Positions 18,425-26,845 of a DNA stretch of 64,000 nucleotides are shown one piece after another. Below the pieces are notes generated by a model. That model made no database searches. It was not told where the DNA came from and saw nothing but the letters and a program-made list of their open reading frames with translations. The DNA is from Dehalococcoidia bacterium (lineage in GTDB: Bacteria; Chloroflexota; Dehalococcoidia; Lucifugimonadales; UBA1123). The stretch is taken from NCBI GenBank assembly GCA_965116405.1, contig OZ220685.1, positions 2,007,751 to 2,071,750 of the forward strand, written 5' to 3'. Within the stretch, counting starts at the first letter, position 1, and each line of letters opens with the position of its first letter. Both the position numbers and the translations under genes were made by a program.

Positions 18425-19978
18425 TCACTCCGCCTTGATGAAGTCGGCAGCCCGTTCCGCCATCGCCATGACGGTCAGGTTCAGGTTTGCCCGAACCGTA
18501 TCTGGCATTATCGATGCGTCGACGACTCTCAGGCCGTCGATGCCGTGCACCCTGCCGTACTGGTCCACAACGGCCATCGGATCGTCTGAAGGCCCCATCT
18601 TGCAAGTGCTGGAGACGTGATGCGCGGTGATGACCTCCCGCTTCATCCAGGCGTCGAGGGCATCGTCGTCGGACAGCACCTCGTCTGACGGTCCGATGCG
18701 CTCTTCGACTATCTCTCCGAAGGCATCGTGCCTGAAAAGGTCGGCGCACATCCTGATGCTCTCACGCATTCGGGACCGGTCGAACGGGTCGTCGAGCAGG
18801 TTGAAGTCAAGCTCGGGCGGCTGCCCCGGGTCGCTTGAGCGGAGACGCAGCTCGCCCTGGCTCAGCGCAAGGTACAGGCCCTGGCTCACGCCTACTCCGA
18901 CCGGCTGTGTGTGGTCAACCCGCCGCATTGGGCGCTCCGATGCGTAGTTGCCCATGTAGATCACCATGTCGTTCTCAAATGGCGACCCGGGGGCAGTGAA
19001 GCGCAGTGTCACGGTGCCGTTGCTGATCTGATCGGTGTTCAGCTGGAAGTCCGGTCGCGTGCGCCACGCCATCGGTACGTCGGGATGGTCCCTGAGATTG
19101 CGCCCGACTCCCGGAAGGTCGAGTGTCACGGGGATGGACAGCCTGCGCGACTGCTCCGCCGGGCCGATGCCCGACAGGGCGAGAATGTGCGGCGATCCTA
19201 TTGCTCCCGCGCAGAGTATCACCTCGTCGCCGTAGAACGACTCCTCCTCGTGTCCGTTTCGTACCCGTACGCCGACTGCCTGGCACCCCTCGAAGATTAT
19301 CCCGAGAACGAGACTGTTGGGTCTGACGGTCAGTCCGGGTCGATTTCGGGCAGGGTCGAGATAGCCTATTGCCGTGCTTACTCGAACTCCCTCCGAGATA
19401 TTGAAGGGCAGGGGCCCGACACCTGTGGAGCCGGGTCTGTTGTGGTCGGTGCAGTCCGGGAAGCCCGAGTCCAGGCACGCGCGATAGAACGCGTGCTGCT
19501 GAGGTCCCCACTCGTCGGGCCGGTACCGGCGGCAGCTTATGGGGCCGTCAGCGCCGTGATACTCGTCATGGAAGTCCTGGTCGGACTCCAGCTTCAGCAG
19601 GTAGGGAAAGACCTTTTCGTAGCTCCATTCATGGTTTCCCCACCTGGCCCAGCGGTCGAAGTCATCGGGCATTCCCCGCAGGAACTGCGCCTCGTTCACC
19701 GCGCTGGAGCCCCCGGTGACCCTGCCGCGTGGAATGTCTATGTCGGCCAGGTCTGTCGCTCTGGCGCGAAAGTTCCAGATGTGGCCGCCGTCCCAGATGG
19801 TCGTATCGGTGCCGTAGGGGTACCTGATGTCACCCGGCATCTCATCCCGCGTGGGATAGTCCGCTCCTGCCTCGATGAGCAGGACCGACCTGTTGGGGTC
19901 TTCCGTCAGCCGGGCAGCCAGGATCGAGCCTGCCGAGCCCGCGCCTACGATGATGTGGTCGTACGTCGGTCCGTCCAC
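18425..19978 (-). CDS. GMC-family FAD oxidoreductase (choline-dehydrogenase-like), paralogue 2
   Basis: 517 aa. Motifs are YDHIIVGAGSAGSILAARL, GRVTGGSSAVN, and AHHVSSTCKMG...GLRVVDASIMP. It is clearly alignable along its whole length with 917-2482. Confidence 0.9.
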   Translation of the reverse strand: MDGPTYDHIIVGAGSAGSILAARLTEDPNRSVLLIEAGADYPTRDEMPGDIRYPYGTDTTIWDGGHIWNFRARATDLADIDIPRGRVTGGSSAVNEAQFLRGMPDDFDRWARWGNHEWSYEKVFPYLLKLESDQDFHDEYHGADGPISCRRYRPDEWGPQQHAFYRACLDSGFPDCTDHNRPGSTGVGPLPFNISEGVRVSTAIGYLDPARNRPGLTVRPNSLVLGIIFEGCQAVGVRVRNGHEEESFYGDEVILCAGAIGSPHILALSGIGPAEQSRRLSIPVTLDLPGVGRNLRDHPDVPMAWRTRPDFQLNTDQISNGTVTLRFTAPGSPFENDMVIYMGNYASERPMRRVDHTQPVGVGVSQGLYLALSQGELRLRSSDPGQPPELDFNLLDDPFDRSRMRESIRMCADLFRHDAFGEIVEERIGPSDEVLSDDDALDAWMKREVITAHHVSSTCKMGPSDDPMAVVDQYGRVHGIDGLRVVDASIMPDTVRANLNLTVMAMAERAADFIKAE

Positions 19979-19982
19979 TGGC

Positions 19983-21263
19983 TCACTCCTCCATCGAACG
20001 GTACGAGGTTATGACTTTGCCGTCCCGCATCACCATGGCCATCGTTCGCAGGGCAGAGATGTCTTCGAGCGGGTCCTGCTCCACGACAATCAGGTCTGCG
20101 GCTTTCCCCTCTGCCACGGTGCCGATCAGTTCGTCCATGCCGATGGCCCTGGCCGCGCCACTCGTGGCCGACTTAATGACCTCCATGTTGCTCATGCCCG
20201 CCTGGCTCTGAAGTTCCAGGCCGAGGCAGTAGTCGCCGAATGTCTGGATGGCGTCCGTCCCGGCTACGATCTTGACGTCCCACTCGCTCCACAGTCTGCC
20301 GAGGAACTCCACCTGGCTCTCGCACTTGGCCTGCAGGGCTTCGAGTTGCAGTCTCTCTAATGGATTCAGATGGGAACTCTCCGACCGTTCCAGGAGGGCT
20401 TCCCTGCCGCGGTAGCCTGTTTGCACGGTCGGGCTGACGTACATTCCCTGCTGCGCGATGCGCTCGGCGACCTCTGGTCGGAAGACGTAGGAGCCGTCGG
20501 GTTCAATGAATCCGCCGTGCTCCATCATGTCGACGCCCGCGTCGAGTGCGTTGATCATGCTCTGGGTCGCCAGGCAGTGGGCCGTGGTGAGCTTCCCGTG
20601 AACGTGGGCCTCCTGCACGATTGCGCTCAGCTCGCCGACGCCGTAGGAGTGCTTCCGGTTGTCGGTGATTGCGGTGCCTCCGCCGGAGGCCATTATCTTG
20701 ATGAAGTCTGAGCCCTCCTTGACGAGCTGGCGCACCGCGTCGCGGACGCCATCTTCGCCGTCCGCCTCCCCGTTGCACCAGAAGAAGTGACCGCCGGTGA
20801 TGGTCACGGGGCGGCCTGAAAGCAGCAGCCTCGGGGCAGTGACCAGACCCTGCCTCGCGCCCTCCCGCAGGTCAAACGTGACTCGGTTGCGGGCGCCGCA
20901 GTCGCGCAGGGTGGTCACACCGGCGCTTAGGTGGATGTGGGTGTTGTGCGCCGCGCGAAGCAGCATGATCTCGTCGCTGTCGCGCTCGATCACTGTCTCG
21001 TACGGTCCATCCTGGTATCCGTGTTCCCCAACCGTGCCGAACATGAGGTGAGTGTGCGCGTCGATGAGCCCGGGGAGGAGATGCCCTTCTGGAAACGACA
21101 GCTCGCGGACGTCCGGTCGCCGGGGTGGCTGCACCGCGCCCTGTCGACCTACGGCCGTGATCCTGTCGTCTTCGACAACGACGACAGGACGCTCCAGGGG
21201 CGGGCTGCCCGTGCCGTCGATTAAGGTCTTGGCCCTGATTACAGTCGTCGAAGGTGTGTCCAT
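19983..21263 (-). CDS. Metal-dependent amidohydrolase family protein
   Basis: 426 aa. It has the LPGLIDAHTHL metal-binding motif, with later H and D ligands (VHGKLTTAHC, AGTDA). It lies 4 nt upstream of the GMC gene. Confidence 0.85.
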   Translation of the reverse strand: MDTPSTTVIRAKTLIDGTGSPPLERPVVVVEDDRITAVGRQGAVQPPRRPDVRELSFPEGHLLPGLIDAHTHLMFGTVGEHGYQDGPYETVIERDSDEIMLLRAAHNTHIHLSAGVTTLRDCGARNRVTFDLREGARQGLVTAPRLLLSGRPVTITGGHFFWCNGEADGEDGVRDAVRQLVKEGSDFIKIMASGGGTAITDNRKHSYGVGELSAIVQEAHVHGKLTTAHCLATQSMINALDAGVDMMEHGGFIEPDGSYVFRPEVAERIAQQGMYVSPTVQTGYRGREALLERSESSHLNPLERLQLEALQAKCESQVEFLGRLWSEWDVKIVAGTDAIQTFGDYCLGLELQSQAGMSNMEVIKSATSGAARAIGMDELIGTVAEGKAADLIVVEQDPLEDISALRTMAMVMRDGKVITSYRSMEE

Positions 21264-21371
21264 CGTTAGGCCCTCCTTGCAACCGAGCGTCAGCAGTGAA
21301 GGCTAGTGTAAGCCAAGACGGGTGAATATGGTGCGACTACCTGAAGTACGTAGTGATCGAAAGGTCAGTTC

Positions 21372-22139
21372 TTACAGAGCATCTTTGACACTCTCTAGAA
21401 AATCCTCAGCGCCGATGCGGAGGAGGCCCCAGCCCGAAACGGTCACGAAGTTCGCCCCCTGGTTGATGAACTCGACGACGCCAGCGGTGTCGGCGGGGTT
21501 GTTGCCCCCCACGCCGGCGAACTTGCCGCCTGCGCGGATCCTGGGGATGACCTCGCTCATCACTTTTCGGACCTCGGACACGTCGGGGTTGCCCATGCTC
21601 TGGCCGAGGTCGGAGGCTGCGACGTGGACCACATCGGCGCCGGGAACCTGGAGAATGTCGTCGAGGTTCGCGACGGCTTCGACGTCCTCGACCATCGGGA
21701 CCACCAGCACCTGCGAGTTGACCCAGGCTATCGCCTCGTCGCGGGTCACGCCGATGCCGTAGTCCTGGGCGCGTCCGCCACCCATTCCTCGGTAGCCGTC
21801 GGGGTAGTAGCGCGCGGCCCGCGCTATGGCGGCGGCCTGCTCCCCTGTGTTGACGTGCGGCACGATGATCCCCTGGAGGCCTCGGTCGAGGAACCGCAGA
21901 ATGGTGGAATCGGAGTGGTCTGGAATTCGTGCGATGGGAGTGATTCCGAACGACTCCGCGGCTCGCACCATGTGCTCGACCTGGTCGAGGTCGGCTGGGC
22001 CGTGCTCGCAGTCGATCATCACGAAGTCGTAGCCGAGGGCGCCGAAGATCTCCACCATGTCGGGTGCGTAGCGGGTGATGATGGCGCCGAAGGCGACTCC
22101 GCCGTCGTTGAGCTTGGCCTTGGTGGTGTTGGTGCGCAT
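21372..22139 (-). CDS. HpcH/HpaI-family 2-keto-3-deoxy-acid aldolase
   Basis: The likely start is MRTNTTKAKLNDGG (ATG 22137-22139) with GGAGG upstream. It has DFVMIDCEHGP and a pyruvate-aldolase-type TIM-barrel sequence. Confidence 0.8.
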   Translation of the reverse strand: MRTNTTKAKLNDGGVAFGAIITRYAPDMVEIFGALGYDFVMIDCEHGPADLDQVEHMVRAAESFGITPIARIPDHSDSTILRFLDRGLQGIIVPHVNTGEQAAAIARAARYYPDGYRGMGGGRAQDYGIGVTRDEAIAWVNSQVLVVPMVEDVEAVANLDDILQVPGADVVHVAASDLGQSMGNPDVSEVRKVMSEVIPRIRAGGKFAGVGGNNPADTAGVVEFINQGANFVTVSGWGLLRIGAEDFLESVKDAL

Positions 22140-22314
22140 GGGGGAGACCTCCGGGAGTTCGTGTCTACAATCCTGATGCAATGGCGGCCGGATCAGGAGG
22201 CTTTCAATTGCCGTAGAGGGCGTCGATTAGGGGACATCTCTCCACAACGCATATTCTACTGCCTCACTGACACGACCCGGCAAGTAGCTGTGGCGATAGG
22301 TCCATGTTCGCGGG

Positions 22315-23466
22315 CTATGTGGGGGTGTCCTGGGCGCGGTCTGCGGTGTGGGTTGGCGGACCGGGGAAGCCGGGCGGGCGGTCGTTGCCGGCAGGATAGA
22401 CCAGCTTGCGGACGGGGTAGTTGATGACTATACCCTCATCCCTGAACCGGGTGTGGAGCCCCTTGACCAGCTCGCTCGTCAGGATGAAGCTGCCGATGCG
22501 GTCGGTGGCCTGGATGAAGACCCAGAAGGTGACGTTGGACTCGCCGAACTCCTCGAAGCCGAAGAAGGGCTCGACGCTCTTGACGGCGTGCTCGGAGTCC
22601 TGGATGACGTCCGCAGACGCGGCGACGGCGATCCGCTCGACGGCGGCGAGGTCGGATTCGAAGCTGACTCCGCCGTAGACGATGATGTTCATTGCCGGTG
22701 TCGGCGTGTACAGGTTGGTGATGACGCTGTCGACGAGCTTGGAGTTGGGGATGACCACGGTGTTGTTCATCATGCTCCGCAGCTTGGTGCTCCTCCAGCC
22801 CACGTCGGACACGTAACCGGCGAGGCCGCCTTCCAGCTCGATATAGTCGCCCTCCTCCAGGATGTTCTCGGCGACGATGTAGGTCCCGGAGAGGAAGTTG
22901 TGCAGGCTGGGCTGTATGGCCAGGGCGACGGCGAGGCCGGCGATGCCGAGGCCAGCCAGCAGTGGTGCTATGGACACTCCGAGGCTGTCGAGGGCGACCA
23001 GCGCGCCGATGGCGTAGACGACGAAGGGGAGGATGCGCTTGGCAGTGCGCAGCAGGTTGTCGTCGAGCTGGGTCTCGGTCCTTTCAGCCAGCTGCTGTCC
23101 GTACTCAGTGACCAGAGAGTCCAGCAGCCGGGCGCCAGCGTAGGTGGCGATGGCGATGGAAGCGACGAGCCAGGCCTTGGAGAGCGCAGCGTCCCAGTCC
23201 GTGAGGAACTGCAAGTAGCTCGGCTGCAGCCGGATGAGGGTGAGGTATCCGAGGTAGAATCCCAGGAGTGCCAGCATGAGGACGACGGGGCCGCGGGCGG
23301 TCCTGAGCACCCGGGGGAAGAGAGAGTCGGGCTCACGCTGTTCGCGCAGGGTGGCGAGTCTGCCCAGGACCAGGCTGGCGGCAAGGGCGCCCAGCTGCAG
23401 CGCAACAAAGACGCCGAAGGCGAGCAGCGGCCCGTATTGATCCGGGTGTCTGAGGAACTCTGGCAA
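22315..23466 (-). CDS. Mechanosensitive ion channel (MscS family)
   Basis: 383 aa. N-terminal TM helices are followed by GDYIELEGGLAGYVSDVGWRSTKLRSMMNNTVVIPNSKL, the MscS beta-domain signature. Confidence 0.85.
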   Translation of the reverse strand: MPEFLRHPDQYGPLLAFGVFVALQLGALAASLVLGRLATLREQREPDSLFPRVLRTARGPVVLMLALLGFYLGYLTLIRLQPSYLQFLTDWDAALSKAWLVASIAIATYAGARLLDSLVTEYGQQLAERTETQLDDNLLRTAKRILPFVVYAIGALVALDSLGVSIAPLLAGLGIAGLAVALAIQPSLHNFLSGTYIVAENILEEGDYIELEGGLAGYVSDVGWRSTKLRSMMNNTVVIPNSKLVDSVITNLYTPTPAMNIIVYGGVSFESDLAAVERIAVAASADVIQDSEHAVKSVEPFFGFEEFGESNVTFWVFIQATDRIGSFILTSELVKGLHTRFRDEGIVINYPVRKLVYPAGNDRPPGFPGPPTHTADRAQDTPT

Positions 23467-23758
23467 CGCCTACTCCAACTCGGCCCCGAGGACGGCCCAA
23501 ATATAGGGCGGGCCTCTCCTGGCTGTCAACCCGCAGGGCGCGAGCGTGCCCTTGGATGGTTCGTTGCTAGCATGTGTGCGTTGGTCGGCCGGAGCGTGAT
23601 GAACTGCGAACTTTTCGGTGGGATGTCCTGATATAAGAATGGGACCCATCAGCCCCTTACAGACACTCACGAGCCCTTGCCCACTGACTTGAGGCTCTTC
23701 CAATCCTGCAATTGGCTGGGGATGTGGTTCCTGCCAGCCTGGGGAATCGCCTCTTGAC

Positions 23759-24064
23759 ATGCAACCTTATGGTTGCGTATTGTGTGCATTCATGCACGAG
23801 GACCTGATCTTCAAAGCACTCGCGGATCCAACACGGAGGTTGATGCTGGACGAGCTCTCTGAGCGCAACGAGCAGACGCTTTACGAGCTCACGGCGCGCT
23901 TGATCATGCGACATGAAGTCGCCATCTCGCGACAGGCCATAGCCAAGCACATTGATGTCTTAGAAAGAGCGGGGCTCGTAAGCTCAGAGAAGCGTGGCAA
24001 GTATCGGATGCTTGTCTTCAACAATGAACCCCTCCGGGCTGTCATGGATCGATGGCTCAAGTGA
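23759..24064 (+). CDS. ArsR/SmtB-family HTH transcriptional regulator
   Basis: It contains IFKALADPTRRLMLDELSERNEQTLYELTARL. The true start may be the internal Met at 23792. Confidence 0.8.
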   Translation: MQPYGCVLCAFMHEDLIFKALADPTRRLMLDELSERNEQTLYELTARLIMRHEVAISRQAIAKHIDVLERAGLVSSEKRGKYRMLVFNNEPLRAVMDRWLK

Positions 24065-24091
24065 CAACACAAAAGGAATAGGAGTCCAGAT

Positions 24092-24475
24092 ATGCGCATT
24101 ACACTCACCAGCGTTTTCGTGAGTGACCAGGACGAAGCTCTGAGGTTCTACACGGAGACCCTCGGCTTTGTGAAAAAGCATGACGTGCCTGTTGGGGAAT
24201 TCAAGTGGCTTACCGTCGTCTCGCCTGACGAACCAGATGGAACCGAGCTTTTGCTTGAACCCAATGACAACCCGGTAGCACAGGAATATCAGAAAGGGAT
24301 ATTTGACCAGGGCATCCCAGCGGCGTCCTTTGGCGTTACGGACATCCGTGCAGAGTATGAGAACCTGAAGTCACTGGGCGTAGCATTTACGATGGAGCCT
24401 ACAGAATTGGCCAACGTCACTATTGCGGTCTTTGACGACACCTGCGGCAACCTGATCCAGATAATGCAGACGTAG
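24092..24475 (+). CDS. VOC (glyoxalase/bleomycin-resistance) family protein
   Basis: 127 aa. It starts MRITLTSVFVSDQDEALRFYTETLGF, and an SD (AGGAATAGGAG) lies upstream. It forms a pair with the ArsR gene. Confidence 0.8.
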   Translation: MRITLTSVFVSDQDEALRFYTETLGFVKKHDVPVGEFKWLTVVSPDEPDGTELLLEPNDNPVAQEYQKGIFDQGIPAASFGVTDIRAEYENLKSLGVAFTMEPTELANVTIAVFDDTCGNLIQIMQT

Positions 24476-24539
24476 CTGCGAGCGACCAGACTATCCGATT
24501 TGGAATGCGGGTGCAGTCAGTCTGACCCGACTTGGCACT

Positions 24540-24616
24540 TGGTGGGCCGGCTGGGATTCGAACCCAGGACACCCGGATTAAAAGTCCGGTGCTCTGGCCA
24601 ACTGAGCTACCGGCCC
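24540..24616 (-). tRNA. tRNA-Lys (anticodon TTT), CCA encoded
   Basis: The reverse complement is GGGCCGGTAGCTCAGTTGGCCAGAGCACCGGACTTTTAATCCGGGTGTCCTGGGTTCGAATCCCAGCCGGCCCACCA. It folds as a cloverleaf by hand: 7-bp acceptor, GCTC/GAGC D stem, CCGGA/TCCGG anticodon stem with loop CTTTTAA, and T loop TTCGAAT. Confidence 0.95.
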
Positions 24617-24759
24617 ACGGGGTAGACGCGACTTGCGTCGGTCGATTCATCATAGCGATGTTTGGTTTCGGGCTACAACACGCGCCTGATTTCGATTGAA
24701 GTGGCTGTGGGGAGGGGGTATCGTCACGTACAACCCCTCTATGCTGAAGTGGAATAGGC

Positions 24760-25089
24760 GTGTTTGAGAGCGATGAGCGCGCTCCGGTGTATAGCCGCAT
24801 CCTGGACATGGTGCGGCAGATTCCGTATGGGCAGGTGGCGACGTATGGGCAGATCGCTCTGATCGCCGGGGACTGCACGCCCCGGATGGTCGGGTACTGC
24901 CTGGCGTCTCTGGACTTCGACTCAGACGTTCCCTGGCAGCGTGTCATCAACCACAAGGGCATGGTCAGCCCGCGCAGCACTGGGCACGGAAGCCAGCTCC
25001 AGAGGGAGCTGCTCATAGAAGAGGGCGTGGAGTTCGACGACAAGGGTCGGATCAGCTTCCGGCGGTTCGGATGGATGGAGCCTGAGTGA
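24760..25089 (+). CDS. Alkyltransferase-like (ATL) protein: MGMT DNA-binding domain with Trp in place of the acceptor Cys
   Basis: 109 aa. It has IPYGQVATYGQIA...DVPWQRVINHKG. The canonical PCHRV is replaced by PWQRV, as in ATL proteins. Confidence 0.75.
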   Translation: MFESDERAPVYSRILDMVRQIPYGQVATYGQIALIAGDCTPRMVGYCLASLDFDSDVPWQRVINHKGMVSPRSTGHGSQLQRELLIEEGVEFDDKGRISFRRFGWMEPE

Positions 25090-25104
25090 TGAGGAGGTCT
25101 GCCG

Positions 25105-25923
25105 ATGCCTGAAGCTCCAGAGATGCAGGTGGTCGCGGAGTTTCTTAATTCCCGGCTGCCCGGCAAGCGGGTGAATGCCGCGAAGATCCTGAAGCCGATT
25201 GTGAGGTCGCTCGCCGGCGACTTCGAGGAGGACGCGGTCGACCGCGAGGCCGAGTCGGTAGTACGGCGCGGCAAGTTCCTGCTCATCGGGCTGTCGGGCG
25301 AGAGGCAGATCGTCATCAACCCCAAGCTCACTGGTGGGCTGCAGCACTGTCCGAGCCGGACCCGGGTGCAGAAGCGGACGTGTGTCCGGCTGCGACTGGA
25401 GGGCGACGTCGACCTTCGCTACACGGACGGTCGCCAGATGGGCCAGTTCTACTACGTGCCCGACGACCGGGTGGACGAGGTGCCGGGTCTGGCGGAGCAG
25501 GGGCCGGACGTCCTGAGCGACTTCACGTTCGAGGAGTTCACAGGCAGGCTGAAGAGGTTTCACGGTGAGATCAAGGGAGTGCTGACGAGGGGCAGGGTGA
25601 TCTCAGGGATCGGTAACGCCTATGCCGACGAGGTCCTGTTCGATGCGGAGGTGTACCCGTTCAAGCGCAGGAAGGCGCTGTCGGAAGACGAGATGAGGCG
25701 CGTCTACAAGAGTTCCCGGCGGGTGATCGAGGAGTCGGTCGAAGAGGTACGGGGCAGGATGGGGGAGAAGATCGACCACAAGGTGCGAGACTTCATGAAG
25801 GTCCACATGCGTGGAGGTCAGCCGTGCCCGAGATGCGGGCGAACGCTGACGGAGCTGCGAGCGAACCAGCGGATCACGACGTACTGCCGTGGATGTCAGC
25901 CGGGGATGCTGCTGAAGAATTGA
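25105..25923 (+). CDS. Formamidopyrimidine-DNA glycosylase / endonuclease VIII family (Fpg/Nei)
   Basis: 272 aa. It has the N-terminal MPEAPE (catalytic Pro2/Glu3), an H2TH region GIGNAYADEVLF, and a C-terminal zinc finger CPRCG...YCRGCQ. Confidence 0.9.
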   Translation: MPEAPEMQVVAEFLNSRLPGKRVNAAKILKPIVRSLAGDFEEDAVDREAESVVRRGKFLLIGLSGERQIVINPKLTGGLQHCPSRTRVQKRTCVRLRLEGDVDLRYTDGRQMGQFYYVPDDRVDEVPGLAEQGPDVLSDFTFEEFTGRLKRFHGEIKGVLTRGRVISGIGNAYADEVLFDAEVYPFKRRKALSEDEMRRVYKSSRRVIEESVEEVRGRMGEKIDHKVRDFMKVHMRGGQPCPRCGRTLTELRANQRITTYCRGCQPGMLLKN

Positions 25924-25952
25924 CAGCGTGTCGAGAGGATCTGTCGAGGGTG

Positions 25953-26027
25953 TGGCTCCGCAGGTAGGACTCGAACCTACGACCAATCGGTTAACAGCCG
26001 ACCGCTCTACCACTGAGCTACTGCGGA
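25953..26027 (-). tRNA. tRNA-Asn (anticodon GTT), CCA encoded
   Basis: The reverse complement is TCCGCAGTAGCTCAGTGGTAGAGCGGTCGGCTGTTAACCGATTGGTCGTAGGTTCGAGTCCTACCTGCGGAGCCA. The anticodon loop is CTGTTAA and the cloverleaf folds by hand. Confidence 0.95.
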
Positions 26028-26070
26028 GCGTTCAAGAAGGGGAGTGGCCCGTGCAATAGGCCACTCTGTC

Positions 26071-26100
26071 ATGATAGCACCGGAATTGAACGGCGCTCAA
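26071..26100 (-). promoter_or_regulatory. Candidate promoter of tRNA-Asn
   Basis: On the minus strand: TTGAGC (26100-26095), an 18-nt spacer ending in TGC, then TATCAT (26076-26071). This is an extended -10 type. A leader hairpin GAGTGGCC...GGCCACTC follows. Confidence 0.4.
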
Positions 26101-26145
26101 GTATCGATTAACGCGGGAATCTGGGTCAGGCTGACACCCTAGGTT

Positions 26146-26199
26146 TCACCCTCACCCTAGCCCTCTCCCTTAGGGAGAGGGGATCCCTGACTCCTCAGG
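26146..26199. repeat. Two-hairpin repeat (family 2, CCCTCTCCC type), copy 1
   Basis: The sequence is TCACCCTCACCCTAGCCCTCTCCCTTAGGGAGAGGGGATCCCTGACTCCTCAGG. It has a 9-bp stem CCCTCTCCC/GGGAGAGGG followed by a 5-bp stem CCTGA/TCAGG. It is nearly identical to 34620-34674. Confidence 0.7.
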
Positions 26200-26214
26200 A
26201 TCGTCCCTAGATGA

Positions 26215-26637
26215 CTACTCTTGCGCCTGCTCGCAGTTTACCTGCCAGTTGATGCCGAACCTGTCGGTGCAGGCGCCGAAGTAGGAGCCCCAGAACATCT
26301 TCTGCATCTCCATGGAAACGGAGCCGCCGTCTGAGAGCTTGCCGAACAGGTCGTCGGACTCTTCACGCGTGGTCGTACTGATGCTGATCGAGAAGTTGTT
26401 GCCCTGCTTGTGGTTCCCACCGAACGTCGAGGGCACGTCGCTGCCCATGAGGATGCTCGACCCGATTGGCAACGATACGTGCATGACGTTGTCGAGCTCA
26501 TCCTCGGGCATGGGAAAGTCGGACGGGCCGTTGCGGAACGTCTCCATGACCATGAAGTCGCCGCCGAAGACGGAGCGGTAGTACTCGAATGCCTCCCGGC
26601 AGTTGCCGTCGAAGTTTAGGTAAGTGCTGAGTGTCAT
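26215..26637 (-). CDS. PhnB/YjdN-like VOC-superfamily protein
   Basis: The likely start is MTLSTYLNFDGNCREAFEYYRSVFGG (ATG 26635-26637), the typical N-terminus of this family. It ends ...FGINWQV. Confidence 0.75.
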   Translation of the reverse strand: MTLSTYLNFDGNCREAFEYYRSVFGGDFMVMETFRNGPSDFPMPEDELDNVMHVSLPIGSSILMGSDVPSTFGGNHKQGNNFSISISTTTREESDDLFGKLSDGGSVSMEMQKMFWGSYFGACTDRFGINWQVNCEQAQE

Positions 26638-26845
26638 CTTTCTCCCTGTGCTGTGTGATTTTGCTGATAACGACATTTGGGGAAGGCATGGTGTGTCCCC
26701 AGGGTCAATCGTGGTCCCGCTTCTGACGGGCAGGCTATGGGTTTATGGTTTTCAAAAGCAAAAAATCTCTGTGTGGAGTTCCGAGAGTGGTACCTGCCCC
26801 TGTGCTATAGTCAGGCCAGTTCGAGCAGTTCCAGGAGGTGCGGTC

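Noticed and set aside
24420-25331. A 303-aa minus-strand ORF spanning tRNA-Lys and the ATL gene, and a 136-aa ORF (25603-26013) overlapping tRNA-Asn.
   Set aside because: Both run through cloverleaf tRNA genes and are antisense to good CDSs. Their composition is Ser/Arg/Pro-rich.
26624-26845. The N-terminal 74 codons of the track ORF for the DegT-type aminotransferase.
   Set aside because: The extension overlaps the start of the divergent PhnB-like gene and has an odd composition (…CDFADNDIWGRHG…). The internal ATG at 26846 has a consensus AGGAGG SD and matches the family N-terminus.
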